Assembly: GCA_951406725.2 (NCBI GenBank)
Contig: OX597830.1
Coordinates: forward strand, 55,738,001-55,802,000
Reading direction: 5' to 3'
DNA from: Octopus vulgaris
Taxonomy: Eukaryota
Length of the DNA stretch: 64,000 nucleotides
Shown one piece after another: positions 26,419 through 40,140 of the stretch (its first letter is position 1; every line of letters begins with the position of its first letter). The notes below the pieces were generated by a model. That model ran no database searches. It was given only the letters and a program-made list of their open reading frames with translations, and was not told the origin of the DNA. The position numbers and the translations under genes are program-made.

Positions 26419-27114
26419 CATATTTCTTTCTTTTTTTTTATAAGTATAGTCTTCTATCAACCATACGTGTCTTTTTAGATATTTGCGTGGATTTTAGACC
26501 TTTGGTGTCCCGTGTTAAATTGTAGCGGAAATTACAAGTGAAGTAGATTTAAACAATGGAAGTATGTTGGACCTTGGCGCATCGTTAATCATGCTTCTGT
26601 TCTCTGATAACACAATAAAAGTTTAAGATGGGATTAAAGTAATCCAGTGCTGGACATGTCCTTCCTCATACCTGAAAGTTTTTCATTGCACTAATGGCGG
26701 GTAAACACTACCACGCTAACTTGAAAATGACCAGGTGCTGTATCAATCTCAAAAACGCATTTTTCCCAACTGAATCAACCAGTCGCACGTAAAGTGCCTT
26801 GCGCAAGGGCGCAATGCGCCTCTTGGATCGGGAATCGAAACAGCGACCGTATAAACGAGAATACATTTGCTTAACCACTCTCTTTACTCTTTAGTCTTTT
26901 ACTTGTTTCAGTCATTTTGACTGCGGCCATGCTGGACCACCTTTAGTCGAGCAAATCAACCCCGGGACTTATTCTTTGTAAGCCCAGTACTTATTCTATC
27001 GGTCTCTTTTGCCGATCCGCTAAGTGACGGGGACGTAAACACACCAGCATCGGTTGTCAAGCAATGCTAGGGGGACAAACACAGACACAGAAACACACAC
27101 ATACATATATATAT

Positions 27115-28001
27115 GTAGATAACTTAAAATTGTATGATAGATTGCCGTCAATTCATTCCCTCTTACCTGTTTGTGTCTGCCTTCCAATTGCTGTTTTTAC
27201 TGAGATCTCCCTTTTTAGTAGAAGAAATAGCTATAACTCTTTGACTGCTATTTCTAAATTCGGTATGTGGTAAGGCAATTCGTTGCCAAACCCTTTATTG
27301 CTTAGTATTACTTAAATTTTCCTCGAATGAGGCTTTTACATGCCGAAGACTACTTGGTGTAATTGATAATTATTCCAAATTAATTAATTTCACCCTTCAT
27401 TATTACGGATAACCATATTTTATCTCAGTAGATGACCACAGCATCTTGTTTTGGCTACACGCGGGTGGGAAGGGCTGGTGACACAATCTTTTCATTCACT
27501 CATTGAATTTGGTGATACTAGTTGCGGATTCTAGCTCGCTCTGATACTGAGTTGAGTTGATGCCTTCTAGTATCTCAAAATTCAATATATAATCATTTAT
27601 GATTATAGTATTCTACGCTGAAGAGAAAAGAAGTTCTTGGTAAGATAGAATTATTTAATATTTAATTCTTATGCTTTCCTAAAAACTTGATTTCGAAACG
27701 TACGTCCGTAGATAACTTAAAATTGTATGATAGATTGCCGTCAATTCATTCCCTCTTACCTGTTTGTGTCTGCCTTCCAATTGCTGTTTTTACTGAGATC
27801 TCCTTTTTAGTAGAAGAAATAGCTATAACTCTTTGACTGCTATTTCTAAATTCGGTATGTGGTAAGGCAATTCGTTGCCAAACCCTTTATTGCTTAGTAT
27901 TACTTAAATTTTCCTCGAATGAGGCTTTTACATGCCGAAGACTACTTGGTGTAATTGATAATTATTCCAAATTAATTAATTTCACCCTTCATTATTACGG
28001 A

Positions 28002-28005
<4 letters not shown>
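27115..28005 (+). mobile_element. Partial-tandem (1.5-mer, 593-bp period) non-coding element with hammerhead; retrozyme or PLE pLTR type
   Basis: 27115-27413 directly repeated at 27708-28005; HHR at the junction. Confidence 0.88.
27612..27712 (+). ncRNA. Type I hammerhead ribozyme, canonical core
   Basis: TCTACG-CTGAAGA-GAAA..TTTC-GAAAC-GTAC-GTC|CGTAGA; predicted cut after 27706. Confidence 0.85.
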
Positions 28006-28077
<72 letters not shown>

Positions 28078-28252
28078 CATATATATACGACAGGCTTCTT
28101 TCAGTTTCCGTCTACCAAATCCACTCACAAGGCATTGGTCGGCCCGGGGCTATAGCAGAAGACACTTGCCCAAGATGCCACGCAGTGGGACTGAACCCGG
28201 AACCATGTGGTTGGTTAGCAAGCTACTTACTACACAGCCACTCCTGCCCCAT

Positions 28253-28574
28253 TAATTTTTTTTTTTTTATGCGCCCTTTTTCAAGCCTAGCCAGGCCCAT
28301 GGGCCCGGTTTCCCGGTTTCTGTGGCGTATGTTTTCCCCCCAGCTGGACGGGATGCCAGTCCATCGCAGCTTTACTCAAGAAACAGGAAGAAAGAGTGAG
28401 TGAAAGTTGGAGCGAAAGAGTACAACAGGGGTCGCCACTACCCCCTGCCGGAGCCTCGTGGAGCTTTAGGTGTTTTCGCTCAATAAACACACACAACGCC
28501 TGGTCTGGGAATCGAAACCGCGATCCTCCGACTGCGAGTCTGCTGCCCTAACCACTGGGCCATTGCACCTCCAC
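28253..28574 (-). mobile_element. SINE B head with an alternative (V-domain-like) tail
   Basis: B head 28375-28574; tail contains CTGGACGGGATGCCAGTCCATCGCAG; T-run at 28253. Confidence 0.75.
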
Positions 28575-28987
28575 TTTAACCACTTAACCAGACGCATTCT
28601 CAGTAGTAGAAGTTCCAATCCCGACAAATTTTTCTTTTTCTTCTATTTAAAAAAGAATGCTAAAATACACATTTTGTACCTGGTTTAACTGGTTTATTTC
28701 TCAGAAAAACCACATTTCTAAAACATCCCATAAACATCACGTCATTGCACATCCTTGACATTTGCCTCCCTTTTGAGAGCTCACAACACCGACAAGTAGA
28801 CGCTATTGTCCAGCTTGATAAACCATTGATATGGCTGAACAATATGTTCTAGGGAAAAAGAATGTTACTCTATAATTCATACAGGTATAGAAGGTCACAA
28901 TATATGGAGCAATTAAAATCGGCATGTTTCGGCGTTGTCATAGTTGTGTTGTTGCTGCTCTTTACGACTTGCCTTCTTTATTTATTT

Positions 28988-29023
<36 letters not shown>

Positions 29024-29183
29024 TCTTGCTTTCTCTTCTCTTGATGCTGTTTCGTTTTATTCCATTATCACACTAGGTGAGATTATTTGGATTAGATCTC
29101 GCATACATACATACATACATACATACATACATACATACATACATACATACATACATACATACATACATACATACATACGTACA

Positions 29184-29281
<98 letters not shown>

Positions 29282-29442
29282 TTGTATAATGTCAACATAA
29301 CGTGACAGTTCCGTAGAGGGAATTACACCACCGCTATATAGCCCTAGGAAGCATCGACGCTTCCTGTCGGCTTTGAGACATTTCCTGTGTCCTTATATTT
29401 GCAAAGGGGAGGCAAGCACCCCCACCAGCTAGGACTATCAGT

Positions 29443-29486
29443 CTGAAGACATGCATGTTTCTGGGTCTTGCCCGTCATCAGTCCAG
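29443..29486 (-). ncRNA. Type I hammerhead ribozyme, canonical core
   Basis: CTGGA-CTGATGA-CGGG CAAGA CCCA-GAAAC-ATGCAT-GTC|TTCAG. Confidence 0.78.
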
Positions 29487-29504
29487 GGTAGCTAGTCCCG
29501 CTAG

Positions 29505-29545
<41 letters not shown>

Positions 29546-29548
<3 letters not shown>

Positions 29549-30765
29549 CAAAAATGCAAAAATGAATGAGGTGACGTAATCCTATGACAGAGAAAAATCC
29601 AGGAATTAGGTACTCCAAAACAGTGAGAAGGATGCGGGATCCGTGTGACCGTGCAGTAAATTGTTAACTCAAAAAAAAAGACGGAGAAAATGACAACAAG
29701 AACAAAAATCAGCAACAATGTGAGGACGTAGCACATGCAAAGTATTAATAAGGTGTTCGGAGAAGGAAAAGAGTAGTTGTTTTACGTTTCGAGCATAGCA
29801 CTCCTTCGGAAACAGGAAAAATAGGGAAGTCCAAAGGAAAAGGAGGGGTGGAAATCACCGATAATCCACGTGTAGTTATATTCTGAAGTGACCAGAAGTA
29901 AGTGTGAATGTAGGTATGGGTGATAGCGAGGGGGAGGAAAAAGGAAGGAGATTGGAAGGATAACTGAAGTAAATTCGAAGGAAGAGAAGTGAAGGAGAAG
30001 AGTCACGGACAAATTATAACTATTCATAATCAAAGGTGCAGAAATGGCGTACTCCGAATGAATAAGGTGACGTAATCCAATAGTCGAGAGAAATCCAGGA
30101 ATTAGGTACTCCTAAACAGTCGGAAGGACGCGGAGTTCTTGTGTGCGTGTAGTAAATAGTTAATTAAAAAAACGGAGAGCAAGACAAGAAAAGAACAACA
30201 ACAATGTGAAGACGTAGCACATGCAAAGTATTAATAAAACGCTCGGAGAAGGAAAAGAGTAGTTGTTTCATTTAACTATTTACGGCACGCTCACACGGAC
30301 CCCACGTCCTCCCGATTGTTTTGGAGTACCTAATTCCTGGGTTTCTCTCGACCATTAGCTTACATCATCTTATTCATTCGGAGTACGCCAATTCTGCACC
30401 TTTGATTGTGAGTCATTATAATTTGTCCGTGACTCTTCACTTCTCTTCTCTTCCTTCGACTTTACTTCAGTTCTCCTTCCACTCACCTTCCTTTTTCCTC
30501 CTCCTCGCCATCACCCACACCCACATTCACACCTTCTACTTCCAGGTACTTCAAAATACAACTACACTTGGACTATTGGCAATTTTTTCCTCCTTCCTTT
30601 TCCTTTAGACTTCTCTGTTTTTTCCTGTTTCCGAAGAAGAGCTATGCTCGAAACGTAAAACAGCTACTCTTTTCCTTCTCTTAGCGTCTTATTAATACTT
30701 TGCAGGTGCTACGTCCTCACATTGTTGTTGTTTTTTCTTGTCTTTTTCTCGGTTTTTAATTAATT
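29546..30765. mobile_element. Non-coding ~490-bp unit: 1.5 tandem copies on minus (29546-30268) plus an inverted copy (30272-30765)
   Basis: 29546-29782 is similar to 30028-30268; 30272-30765 is the reverse complement of the unit; (TA)n flanks. Confidence 0.85.
30625..30663 (+). ncRNA. Minimal hammerhead motif, CCGAAGA core, no helix III
   Basis: CTGTTT-CCGAAGA-A-GAGC TAT GCTC-GAAAC-GTA|AAACAG; sister copy 29777-29815(-). Confidence 0.65.
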
Positions 30766-30830
30766 ATATATATACATGTGTGTGTGTACGTGTGTGTGTG
30801 TGTGTGTGTGTTTGTGTGCGTATTTATATA

Positions 30831-31685
30831 AAGGGTACGATTGGCAAATTGCCGCCATTTTATATTTTTAATGTCACGCATGCGTATTGTTTGTTTTTGA
30901 TTTTGTCAACTACACAGTATAGTAGGGTCAGTTGGGCACCGTCTGTGAGAAAACAGCACCATAATGCAATTCACTTTGCCGGAAATTTGAAAAAGACAAG
31001 CTGTACTGCTTGGCGTTCGAGCCGGAAGCTCCAATACGAACATTTCAGAGTGTTTGGGTGTCCATCTGAGGACAGCGCAATCTAAGGACATGTACCAAGA
31101 GTGGTAATCAAACATTCAATCAACATCATGATGTTACGAGTGATCACTAGTGATGGCGACGTTATGTCTCCATTCATCTTCCCACACGGCCTCAGACTCA
31201 ACACGGAGGACTACGTCAAGTGCCTGGAGGAGGTAGTGTTGTCCTGGGTCAAGAGAGTGGCTGCTGGAAGACCCTATGTCTGGCAACAGGACTCTGCACC
31301 ATGCCACAGAAGCAGAAGATCCCAGTCGTGACTGTCAGACAATTTCTGGGACCTAATCACCCCTAACATCTGATCACCTAACTCCCCAGACTGCATCCCC
31401 CCTTGATTATTATGTATGGGGAGCAGTTGAACGAGAGACCAACAAAACTCCTTGTAACACCAAGATGAACTGAAGGCAAGGATTATGACAGCATTCAGCA
31501 ACTTAAACAAGACCATCGAGAAGAGTTGCAGGAGGCCGTGGTTGAAGCCAATGTCGATTTTATTGAATAAATTTATTCTTTTGTATTTCAAGATAATTTT
31601 ATGTAATTATGGTAAATATATCTGTTAAAATGTCAGTGTTATTTTCATATCTGCGTAATTTAGACGACAGTTTATTCACCTCACC

Positions 31686-31688
<3 letters not shown>
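30831..31688 (+). mobile_element. Deleted DD37D (maT-like) transposon
   Basis: WQQDSAPCH..SPNSPDCIPLD with 37 residues between the two Asp; imperfect TIRs; TA flanks. Confidence 0.85.
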
Positions 31689-32530
<842 letters not shown>

Positions 32531-32698
32531 ATATATATATATATATACATATGTATATATATTATTCCATATGTCTATATATTCAAATCTGCAATATGAG
32601 CGAATGAGTTGATATGTGAGGGCATGTAAAGTGCGCACGTGTAGATGTGCATGTTTTTGTGTGCAGACAGAATCAGCGGTGAGGGGGAGGAGGAGGGC

Positions 32699-32915
32699 AA
32701 GATATAAGAGGAGGAGGTTAAGATATAAGAGGGGAGAGTAAGATATAAGAGGAGGAGAGTAAGATATAAGAGGGGAGAGTAAGATATAAGAGGGGAGAGT
32801 AAGGTATAAGAGTGGGAGGGTAAGATATAAGAGAGGCGGTGAGATATAAGAGGGGAGAGTAAGATATAAAAGGAGGAGGGGAGATATAAGAGGGGGAGGG
32901 TAAGATGTAAGAGGA
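32699..32915. repeat. ~20-bp purine-rich minisatellite (TAAGATATAAGAGGGGAGAG), about 11 units
   Basis: Direct inspection. Confidence 0.9.
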
Positions 32916-33472
32916 GTTCAACAAGAGAAGGAAGAGGGCAGATAAGTTTGAAGAAGGGAGATGGAGTGTTATAGACGTAATGAAAGTAGAGAGGGGAGAG
33001 AGAGCGAAGGCGAATAAGAGAGAGACAGTGGGAGCGAGAGTGAAGGACGACAGGGAGGTAGAGAGAGAAGTGGGGAGTAGGAGAGAGTGGTGTAAGAGAC
33101 TGAAAGTGTAAGAAAGAAAAAAAGGAAGATGAGGAAAGACCTAGTGAGTGAGGAGTGAGTGTGAGCGTGAGTGAATAGGTGAAGATGAGAAAGACGGGTG
33201 TGGTGGGGGGGCTGGAGATAATGTATGAAGAAAGGTGAGAGTTCGAGGAAGATTAATGGATGTGTGAAGGGGGGAGGTTTAACAGGAAATACTGAGAGAG
33301 AGAGAGAGAGAGAGCGAAAGATATACACGTGATAATGAGTATATGTGAGTGAGTGAGTGAGTGTGGGTGTGTGATGTGTGTGTGTTTTTATGCGTGTATG
33401 TATGACATACATACATGTATGTATGTATGTATGCATGTATGTATGCATGTATGTATGTATGTATATATATGT

Positions 33473-33506
<34 letters not shown>

Positions 33507-33615
33507 GTGTGTGTGTATATATATATACATATATATATATATGTGTGTATGTATATATATATACATATATCTTTATGTATGTATATATATATATGTATAA
33601 ATACATATATACATT

Positions 33616-33647
<32 letters not shown>

Positions 33648-34349
33648 TCGACATGTGTACATACACATACGTCTGTGTCTGTATGTATGTATGTATGTGT
33701 GTATGTATGTATATTTGTATGTATGTATCCACAAACACACACACTCACATACGAACACATACATGCATATGTGCACACATATATAGAACAGAAACTGACA
33801 CAAACATACATACGCGTGCTACCGCAAATACCCACAAAATACATCCATAGTCGCATACATACATATACATATACATATACATACACATATTGATATACAC
33901 ATATTGATACATACATACATACAAACACACTCATGCAATAAAAAAGTGACGTGTAACATAAGTAGACACGTGCTAGTGTCAGCGCGCACGCATCACACTC
34001 AGGTGTTGTTCAGTTTTTAAAGAATTTTATACCAAAACACACTTTACTACTGTGTGTGTACCTGTGTGTATGTGTATGACTGTAGCTCGACTATTGAGCC
34101 ACACTAATAATTAACTTTTACGGTGTAATAGTCATCATGCCGTATCCGAAATATTACCTGAAAGCCACCGTTTCGATCTTGCTAATCTGCATGACCCTTT
34201 CTTGTGTCCCCTGAAAACTGGTTAGAAGATTACGCCCAGGAATATCAACATGTGATTAACAGAGTGACGACAAAACAGTGGGGCTATGAAGTTGATCTCA
34301 ATGACAACAACAAGAAAACGAAGGTAAGAAGTAATAATAATAATAATAA

Positions 34350-34552
34350 TCTTTTCTACTATAGACACAAGATCTGGAATTTTGGGGGGATCACATCGAG
34401 CCCATTGTGTAACTAGTATTAATTTCATCGACCCCGAAAGGATAAAAGCAAAGTCGACCTCGGCAGAATTTGAACTCAGAACGTAATGACGGGCGAAATG
34501 CTGCTAAGCATTTTGCCCGGCATGCTAAGGATTCTGCCAGCTCGCTGCCTTT
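34350..34552 (-). mobile_element. SINE C between (AAT)n tracts
   Basis: Reverse complement of 42051-42265. Confidence 0.8.
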
Positions 34553-34583
34553 ATTATGATAATAATAATAATAATAATAATAA

Positions 34584-35131
34584 TGCAGTACCAGGCAGTG
34601 GCTCTCATGGCTTCTGATCTTAACTGATTGGAAGTGTTATCATGTACATTGTTTTGTCTTGGTATAAAAGATGGGCTACAGCAAATATTCTGCTCAATAC
34701 CACAGATTTGCTTATCAGTTGTTTGACCTTAACCAGTTGAGCATGTCGCTTAGTGGCTGACGATATGTGCATCTCTGATCGCGAGCAGAAGTAGTGGGAG
34801 AGCATCATAGCCATGTGTTGAGAGGGATTCTTTGGGGTTTTAAATAATTCACCTCTGGAAACATGGGTGGTTCTTTCAACATCCTTAAACAACCCTTATT
34901 CAGGGACCTTTTGAGCGGGATGGGCTACTCAACCTGAAGAAAATTCTAACTGGGCCCCACCTGCAAGGTCATGCGCTGTTTATCTTGATATGAGATCACC
35001 ATGTCACGCACATATGGTTGTGATGCATGTGCCTAGTGTACCCTTATCAGACGGGTAGTTATGATGGGTATATTGGGTTTCGTATATTTTACTCCAGTGT
35101 CACTTTGATGGCATTCACTGCTCTCTCACTC
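34584..35131 (+). mobile_element. ~530-bp (AAT)n-flanked repeat, copy 2
   Basis: Matches 1789-2319. Confidence 0.88.
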
Positions 35132-35208
<77 letters not shown>

Positions 35209-35211
35209 TAA

Positions 35212-35399
35212 TCCTTTCCACAATAGATACAAGGCCTGAAATTTTGGGGGAGGGGACTAGTTGATTACATCAACCCCAGTGCGTAACTGGTACTTAATTT
35301 ATCGACCCCGGCGGAATTTGAACTCAGGACGTAGGAACGGGCGAATATCTGCCGAGCATTCTGCCCGGCGTGCCAACGATTCTGCTAGCTCGCGGCCTA
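35212..35399 (-). mobile_element. SINE C, internally deleted
   Basis: Same head and tail as 34350-34552. Confidence 0.75.
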
Positions 35400-35414
35400 A
35401 ATAATAATAATAGT

Positions 35415-35850
35415 AGTACTAGGCACTGGCTCTCATGACTTCTGATCATGTTGTCATGTACATGTTTTGTCTTGGTGTAAAAGATGGGCTACAACAAATA
35501 TTCTGCGCAACATCACAGATTTACTTGTTACTTGCTTGACCTTAATTCGTTGAGCACGACTATTAGTGGGTCAGAGGAATTCTTTGAGGTTTGAATAATT
35601 TACCTCTGGAAACATGGGTGTTTCGTTCATCATCCTTAAACAACATTCATTCAGGGACCTTTTGAACAGGATGGGCTACTCAACCTGAAGAAAATTCTAA
35701 CTGGGCCTCACCTGCAAGGTCATGCGCACATATGGTTGAGATGCATATACCTGGTGTACCCTTATCAGACAGGAAGTCATGATGGGTATGTTGGGTTTCG
35801 TATATTTGCACCCTAGTGTCACTTTGATGACATGCATTGCTCTCTCACTC
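35415..35850 (+). mobile_element. ~530-bp (AAT)n-flanked repeat, copy 3 (deleted)
   Basis: Matches 34584-35131 with gaps. Confidence 0.8.
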
Positions 35851-35860
35851 AATAATAATA

Positions 35861-36347
35861 ATTGAAAATGAGAAAGCAACCATACAATGGGATTTACCAA
35901 AACATACTAATAGAGAAATTAAGGCCAATAGGCCGGATATAGTTGTCAGAGATCATCAAGAAAAAAAATGCTTTCTAATTGATGTATCAATACCAACAGA
36001 TGACAACGTTTCTCTAAAAGAAATTGAGAAACTTTCAAAATACAAAAGCCTGAACATAGAGGTAACTCGAATGTGGAGTCTAAAAAGAGAAACAACCCCT
36101 ATTATAATAGGCGCATTAGGTATGATAAAAAAAATATTCAGACAAATACATAACAAAAACATTAGGGCTAACAAATATATATAACATACAGAAAATAGCA
36201 CTACTAAGCACCGCACACATCCTACGTAAAACACTTTCAATACAGTAAAAATAAGAGCATTGCAACAAACTACAGCACGTACCCAAGACACACAGAGCTG
36301 CGCTCGGTCGTGCAGTGAAAGCACGTGATAAAAATAAGATTACCGAA
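35861..36347 (+). pseudogene. R4/Dong-like RLE LINE 3' fragment
   Basis: TIQWD..IKANRPDIVVRD..CFLIDVSIP..EKLSKYKSL..PIIIGALG..IQKIALLSTAHILRK; (AAT)n on both sides. Confidence 0.88.
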
Positions 36348-36349
36348 TA

Positions 36350-36445
<96 letters not shown>

Positions 36446-36809
36446 AAGAAGAAGAAGAAGAAGAAGAATGATAATGAAGAGGAATAAGAGGAGGAATAGG
36501 AGGAGGAGAAGCAGGATAATTAATAAGTAAAACACATCATCACCATCGTAATCATCATCATCATCATTATTAATATCATCATCCTCCTATAACTATGACA
36601 TTCTTTATTAGTTAGCAGGGGTGTTTTCTAGAGGTTTGGTGACAACAAATTTCCTTATTATATCTAAAGAATATTTCTTAGGATAGGCACAGGATTGCAC
36701 CATTCTACTTTTCTAATAACCTTTCCCTTGACGAAGCAAAAGCTGTTTTCATTTGGGCTTTTATTTTCTCACGTGGTGATTTACTGGGCCTTCTACTACT
36801 TCTTGTTCG

Positions 36810-38678
36810 ACTTCTTCCTTTTCTTCTTCTTCTTCTTCTTCTTCTTCTTCTTCTTCTTCTTCTTCTTCTTCTTCTTCTTCTTCTTCTCCTCCTTCTTCTT
36901 CTCCTTCGTCTTCTTTTTCTTCTTTTTTCTTCTTCTTCTTCTTTTTCTTCTTCTTCTTCTCCTTCTTCGTCTTCTTCTTTTTTTTCTTCTCCTTCTTCTT
37001 CTTCTTCTTCTTCTTCTTTTTCTTCTTCTTCTTCTTCTTCTCCTCCTTCTTCTTCTCCTTCGTCTTCTTTTTCTTCTTTTTTCTTCTTCTTTTTCTTCTT
37101 CTTCTCCTTCTTCGTCTTCTTCTTTTTTTTCTTCTTCTCCTTCTTCTTCTTCTTCTTCTTCTTCTTCTTCTTCTTCTTCTTCTTCTCCTCCTCCTCCTCT
37201 TCCTTCTTCTTCTTCGTCTTATTCTTCTTTTTCTTCTTCTTCTTTGTCTTCTTCTTTTTCTTCTTCTTCCTCTCCTCCTTCTTCTTCTCCTTCTTCGTCT
37301 TCTTCTTCTTTTTCTTCTTCTTCTTCTTCTTCGTCTTCTTCTTCTTCTTTTTCTTCTTCTTCTCCTTCTTCTTCTTCTCCTCCTCCTCCTCCTCTTCCTT
37401 CTTCTTCTTCGTCTTCTTATTCTTCTTCTTTGTCTTCTTCTTTTTCTTCTTCTTCCTCTCCTCCTTCTTCTTCTCCTTCTTCGTCTTCTTCTTCTTTTTC
37501 TTCTTCTTCTTCTTCTTCGTCTTCTTCTTCTTTTTCTTCTTCTTCTCCTTCTTCTTCTTCTCCTCCTCCTCCTCCTCCTTCTTCTTCTTCTTCTTCTTCT
37601 TCTTCTTCTTCTTCTTCTTCTTCTTCTTCTTCTTCTCCTCCTTCTTCTTCTCCTTCGTCTTCTTTTTCTTCTTTTTCTTCTTCTTCTTCTTTTTCTTCTT
37701 CTTCTCCTTCTTCGTCTTCTTTTTTTTCTTCTTCTTCTTTTTCTTCTTCTTCTTCTTCTTTTTCTTCTTCTTCTTCTTCTTCTCCTCCTCCTTCTTCTTC
37801 TCCTTCGTCTTCTTTTTCTTCTTTTTTTCTTCTTCTTCTTTTTCTTCTTCTTCCTCCTCTTCTCTTCTTTTTTTCTTCTTCTCCTTCTTCTTCTTCTTCT
37901 TCTTCTTCTTCTCCTCCTCCTCCTCCTCTTCTTCTTCTTCTTCGTCTTATTCTTCTTTTTCTTCTTCTTCTTTGTCTTCTTCTTTTTCTTCTTCTTCCTC
38001 TCCTCCTTCTTCTTCTCCTTCTTCGTCTTCTTCTTCTTTTTCTTCTTCTTCTTCTTCTTCGTCTTCTTCTTCTTCTTTCTTCTTCTTCTCCTTCTTCTTC
38101 TTCTCCTCCTCCTCCTCCTCTTCTCTTCTTCTTCTTCTTCTTCTTCTTCTTCTTCTTCTTTGTCTTCTTCTTTTTCTTCTTCTTCCTCTCCTCCTTCTTC
38201 TTCTCCTTCTTCGTCTTCTTCTTTTTCTTCTTCTTCTTTTTCTTTTTCTCTTCTTCTTTTCTTCTTCTTTTTCTTCTTCTTCCTCTCTTCTTCTTCTCCT
38301 TCTTCGTCTTCTTCTTCTTTTTCTTCTTCTTCTTCTTCGTCTTCTTCTTCTTCTTCTTCTTCTTCTCCTTCTTCTTCTTCTTCTCCTCCTTCTTCTTCTT
38401 CTTCTTCTTCTTCTTCTTCTTCTTCTTCTTCTTCTTCTTCTTTCTTCTTCTTCTTCTTCCTCCTTCTTCTTCTCCTTCTTCGTTCTTCTTCTTTTTCTTT
38501 TCTTCTTCTTTTTCTTTTTCTTCTTCTTCTCCTTCTTCTTCTTCTCCTTCTTCTTCTCCTTCTTCGTCTTCTTTTTCTTCTTCTTCTTCTTCTTCTTCTT
38601 CTTATTATTATTATTATTATTATTCGTCTTCTTCTTCTTTTTCTTTTTCTTCTTCTCCTTCTTCATCTTCTTTTCTTC

Positions 38679-38710
<32 letters not shown>

Positions 38711-39026
38711 CTTTTTCTTCTTCTTTTTCTTCTTCTTCTTCTTCTTTTTCTTCTTCTTCTTCTTTTTCTTCTTCTTCTTCTTTTTCTTCTTCTTCTTTGT
38801 CTTCTTCATTTTCTTATTATTATTCTTCTTCGTCTTCTTCTTTTTCTTCCTTTCTTCTTCTTCTTCTTCTTCTTTTTCCTCTTCTTCTTTTTCTTCTTTT
38901 TCTTCTTCTCTTTCTTCTTCTTCGTCTTCTTCTTCGTCTTCTTCTTCGTCTTCTTTTTCTTCTTCTTCTTATTCTTCTTCGACTTCTTTTTCTTCCTCTT
39001 CTTCTTCTTCTTCTTCTTCTTCTTCT
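36810..39026. repeat. ~2.2-kb degenerate (TTC)n polypyrimidine tract
   Basis: Direct inspection; source of the spurious 834-aa ORF. Confidence 0.97.
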
Positions 39027-39086
39027 ACGTAGCATTGAGTTCCATCTTTCACTCTTGTGGAGATCACACAAACATACACATACACA

Positions 39087-39145
<59 letters not shown>

Positions 39146-39709
39146 TCGCACACACACACAGCAATCCGTTTTGTGCACGATATGACAATTATCTATTAAA
39201 TATGTAACAGAAAAGATTTCTCTGATTTAGAAAAAAATAAAAATAAGTTGAAAAACAAAACCAACACAGGACTTAATTGTTTCTAGAGAGTTCCATTAAG
39301 TAATGCATAACGTGTCCTTTTCCTTTCCTTCGTATATCTTCTCCATCTTAACCCACACATGTCCCTAAACACCCTGTTTCTTGTTTAACGTTTGCTTGTA
39401 TCTTTCTGTATCGCTCCGAGATTTAATACGGAAATGGTTATTACTGATAAAGCCATCTATGTATCACATTTAATGTACATACACCGTTGAGAGGCAAGAT
39501 GCTGCGGTTTTCGTCCGGGAATAAAATCCTTTAGATGTGCTGTGTTAAAAACACAATATATATCCACCCATCCATCCATCTTTTCTGCCAATAATTTCTG
39601 AGAGGATCGTGAGGTTAAACCCTTTAAGTATCTCCTCCACAAGATCCTTCCAGAAGTAACCGTCATTAAAGTTTTCCACTGGATCCACAAGCTAGTTCAA
39701 CTAATATTG

Positions 39710-40140
39710 GTTGGCATCCTTTTTGTCTCGGGAGACAGTGGAGTTGCGCATAAAGTAGTCTAGTCCGGCTTTTACATTTCATGTCCTGATACATTTCCTG
39801 CTGTGGCTGTGTAGTCCTATCCTGGACAAACACTCCCTCTAGCAGGTACCGCAAATGTAGCGAAGACTGTTCCTCGCTGGTTGTAATGCCATAGTTTCTT
39901 GTTGACGTCTTTTCTTGTCTTTCCATTTCTCTTCTCTCTCTCTGTGACACTCTTTGTGTTCCCTCTTTTACGGTACGTCGCCAGTCTCCACGGTTGCCGG
40001 CAACTGCCTCCCAACCGCTAATATTGATGTTGCAGGCCTTCATGTCCCTTTTGCAAACATCCTTGTAACGTAAGAGCGGTCTACCCACAGACCTAGTACC
40101 CCTAGCAAGCTCTCCGTAGAGTATGTCCTTGGGGATTCTG
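39710..40140 (-). pseudogene. RTE-clade LINE 3' fragment
   Basis: RIPKDILYGELARGTRSVGRPLLRYKDVCKRDMK..WE..A.NR..WR..C..C..SRIGLHSH. Confidence 0.88.

Larger units (their letters stand above)
26881..28230 (-). mobile_element. SINE A interrupted in its TA tract by an ~890-bp insert
   Basis: 3' half 26881-27100, 5' half 28086-28230. Confidence 0.88.

Noticed and set aside
32699-32915. CRISPR-like array
   Set aside because: No unique spacers; ordinary minisatellite in eukaryotic DNA
32969-33934. YI/HT/CV-rich ORFs here and throughout
   Set aside because: Dinucleotide microsatellite artefacts
36695-39199. 834-aa and overlapping long ORFs
   Set aside because: Translations of a stop-free (TTC)n tract
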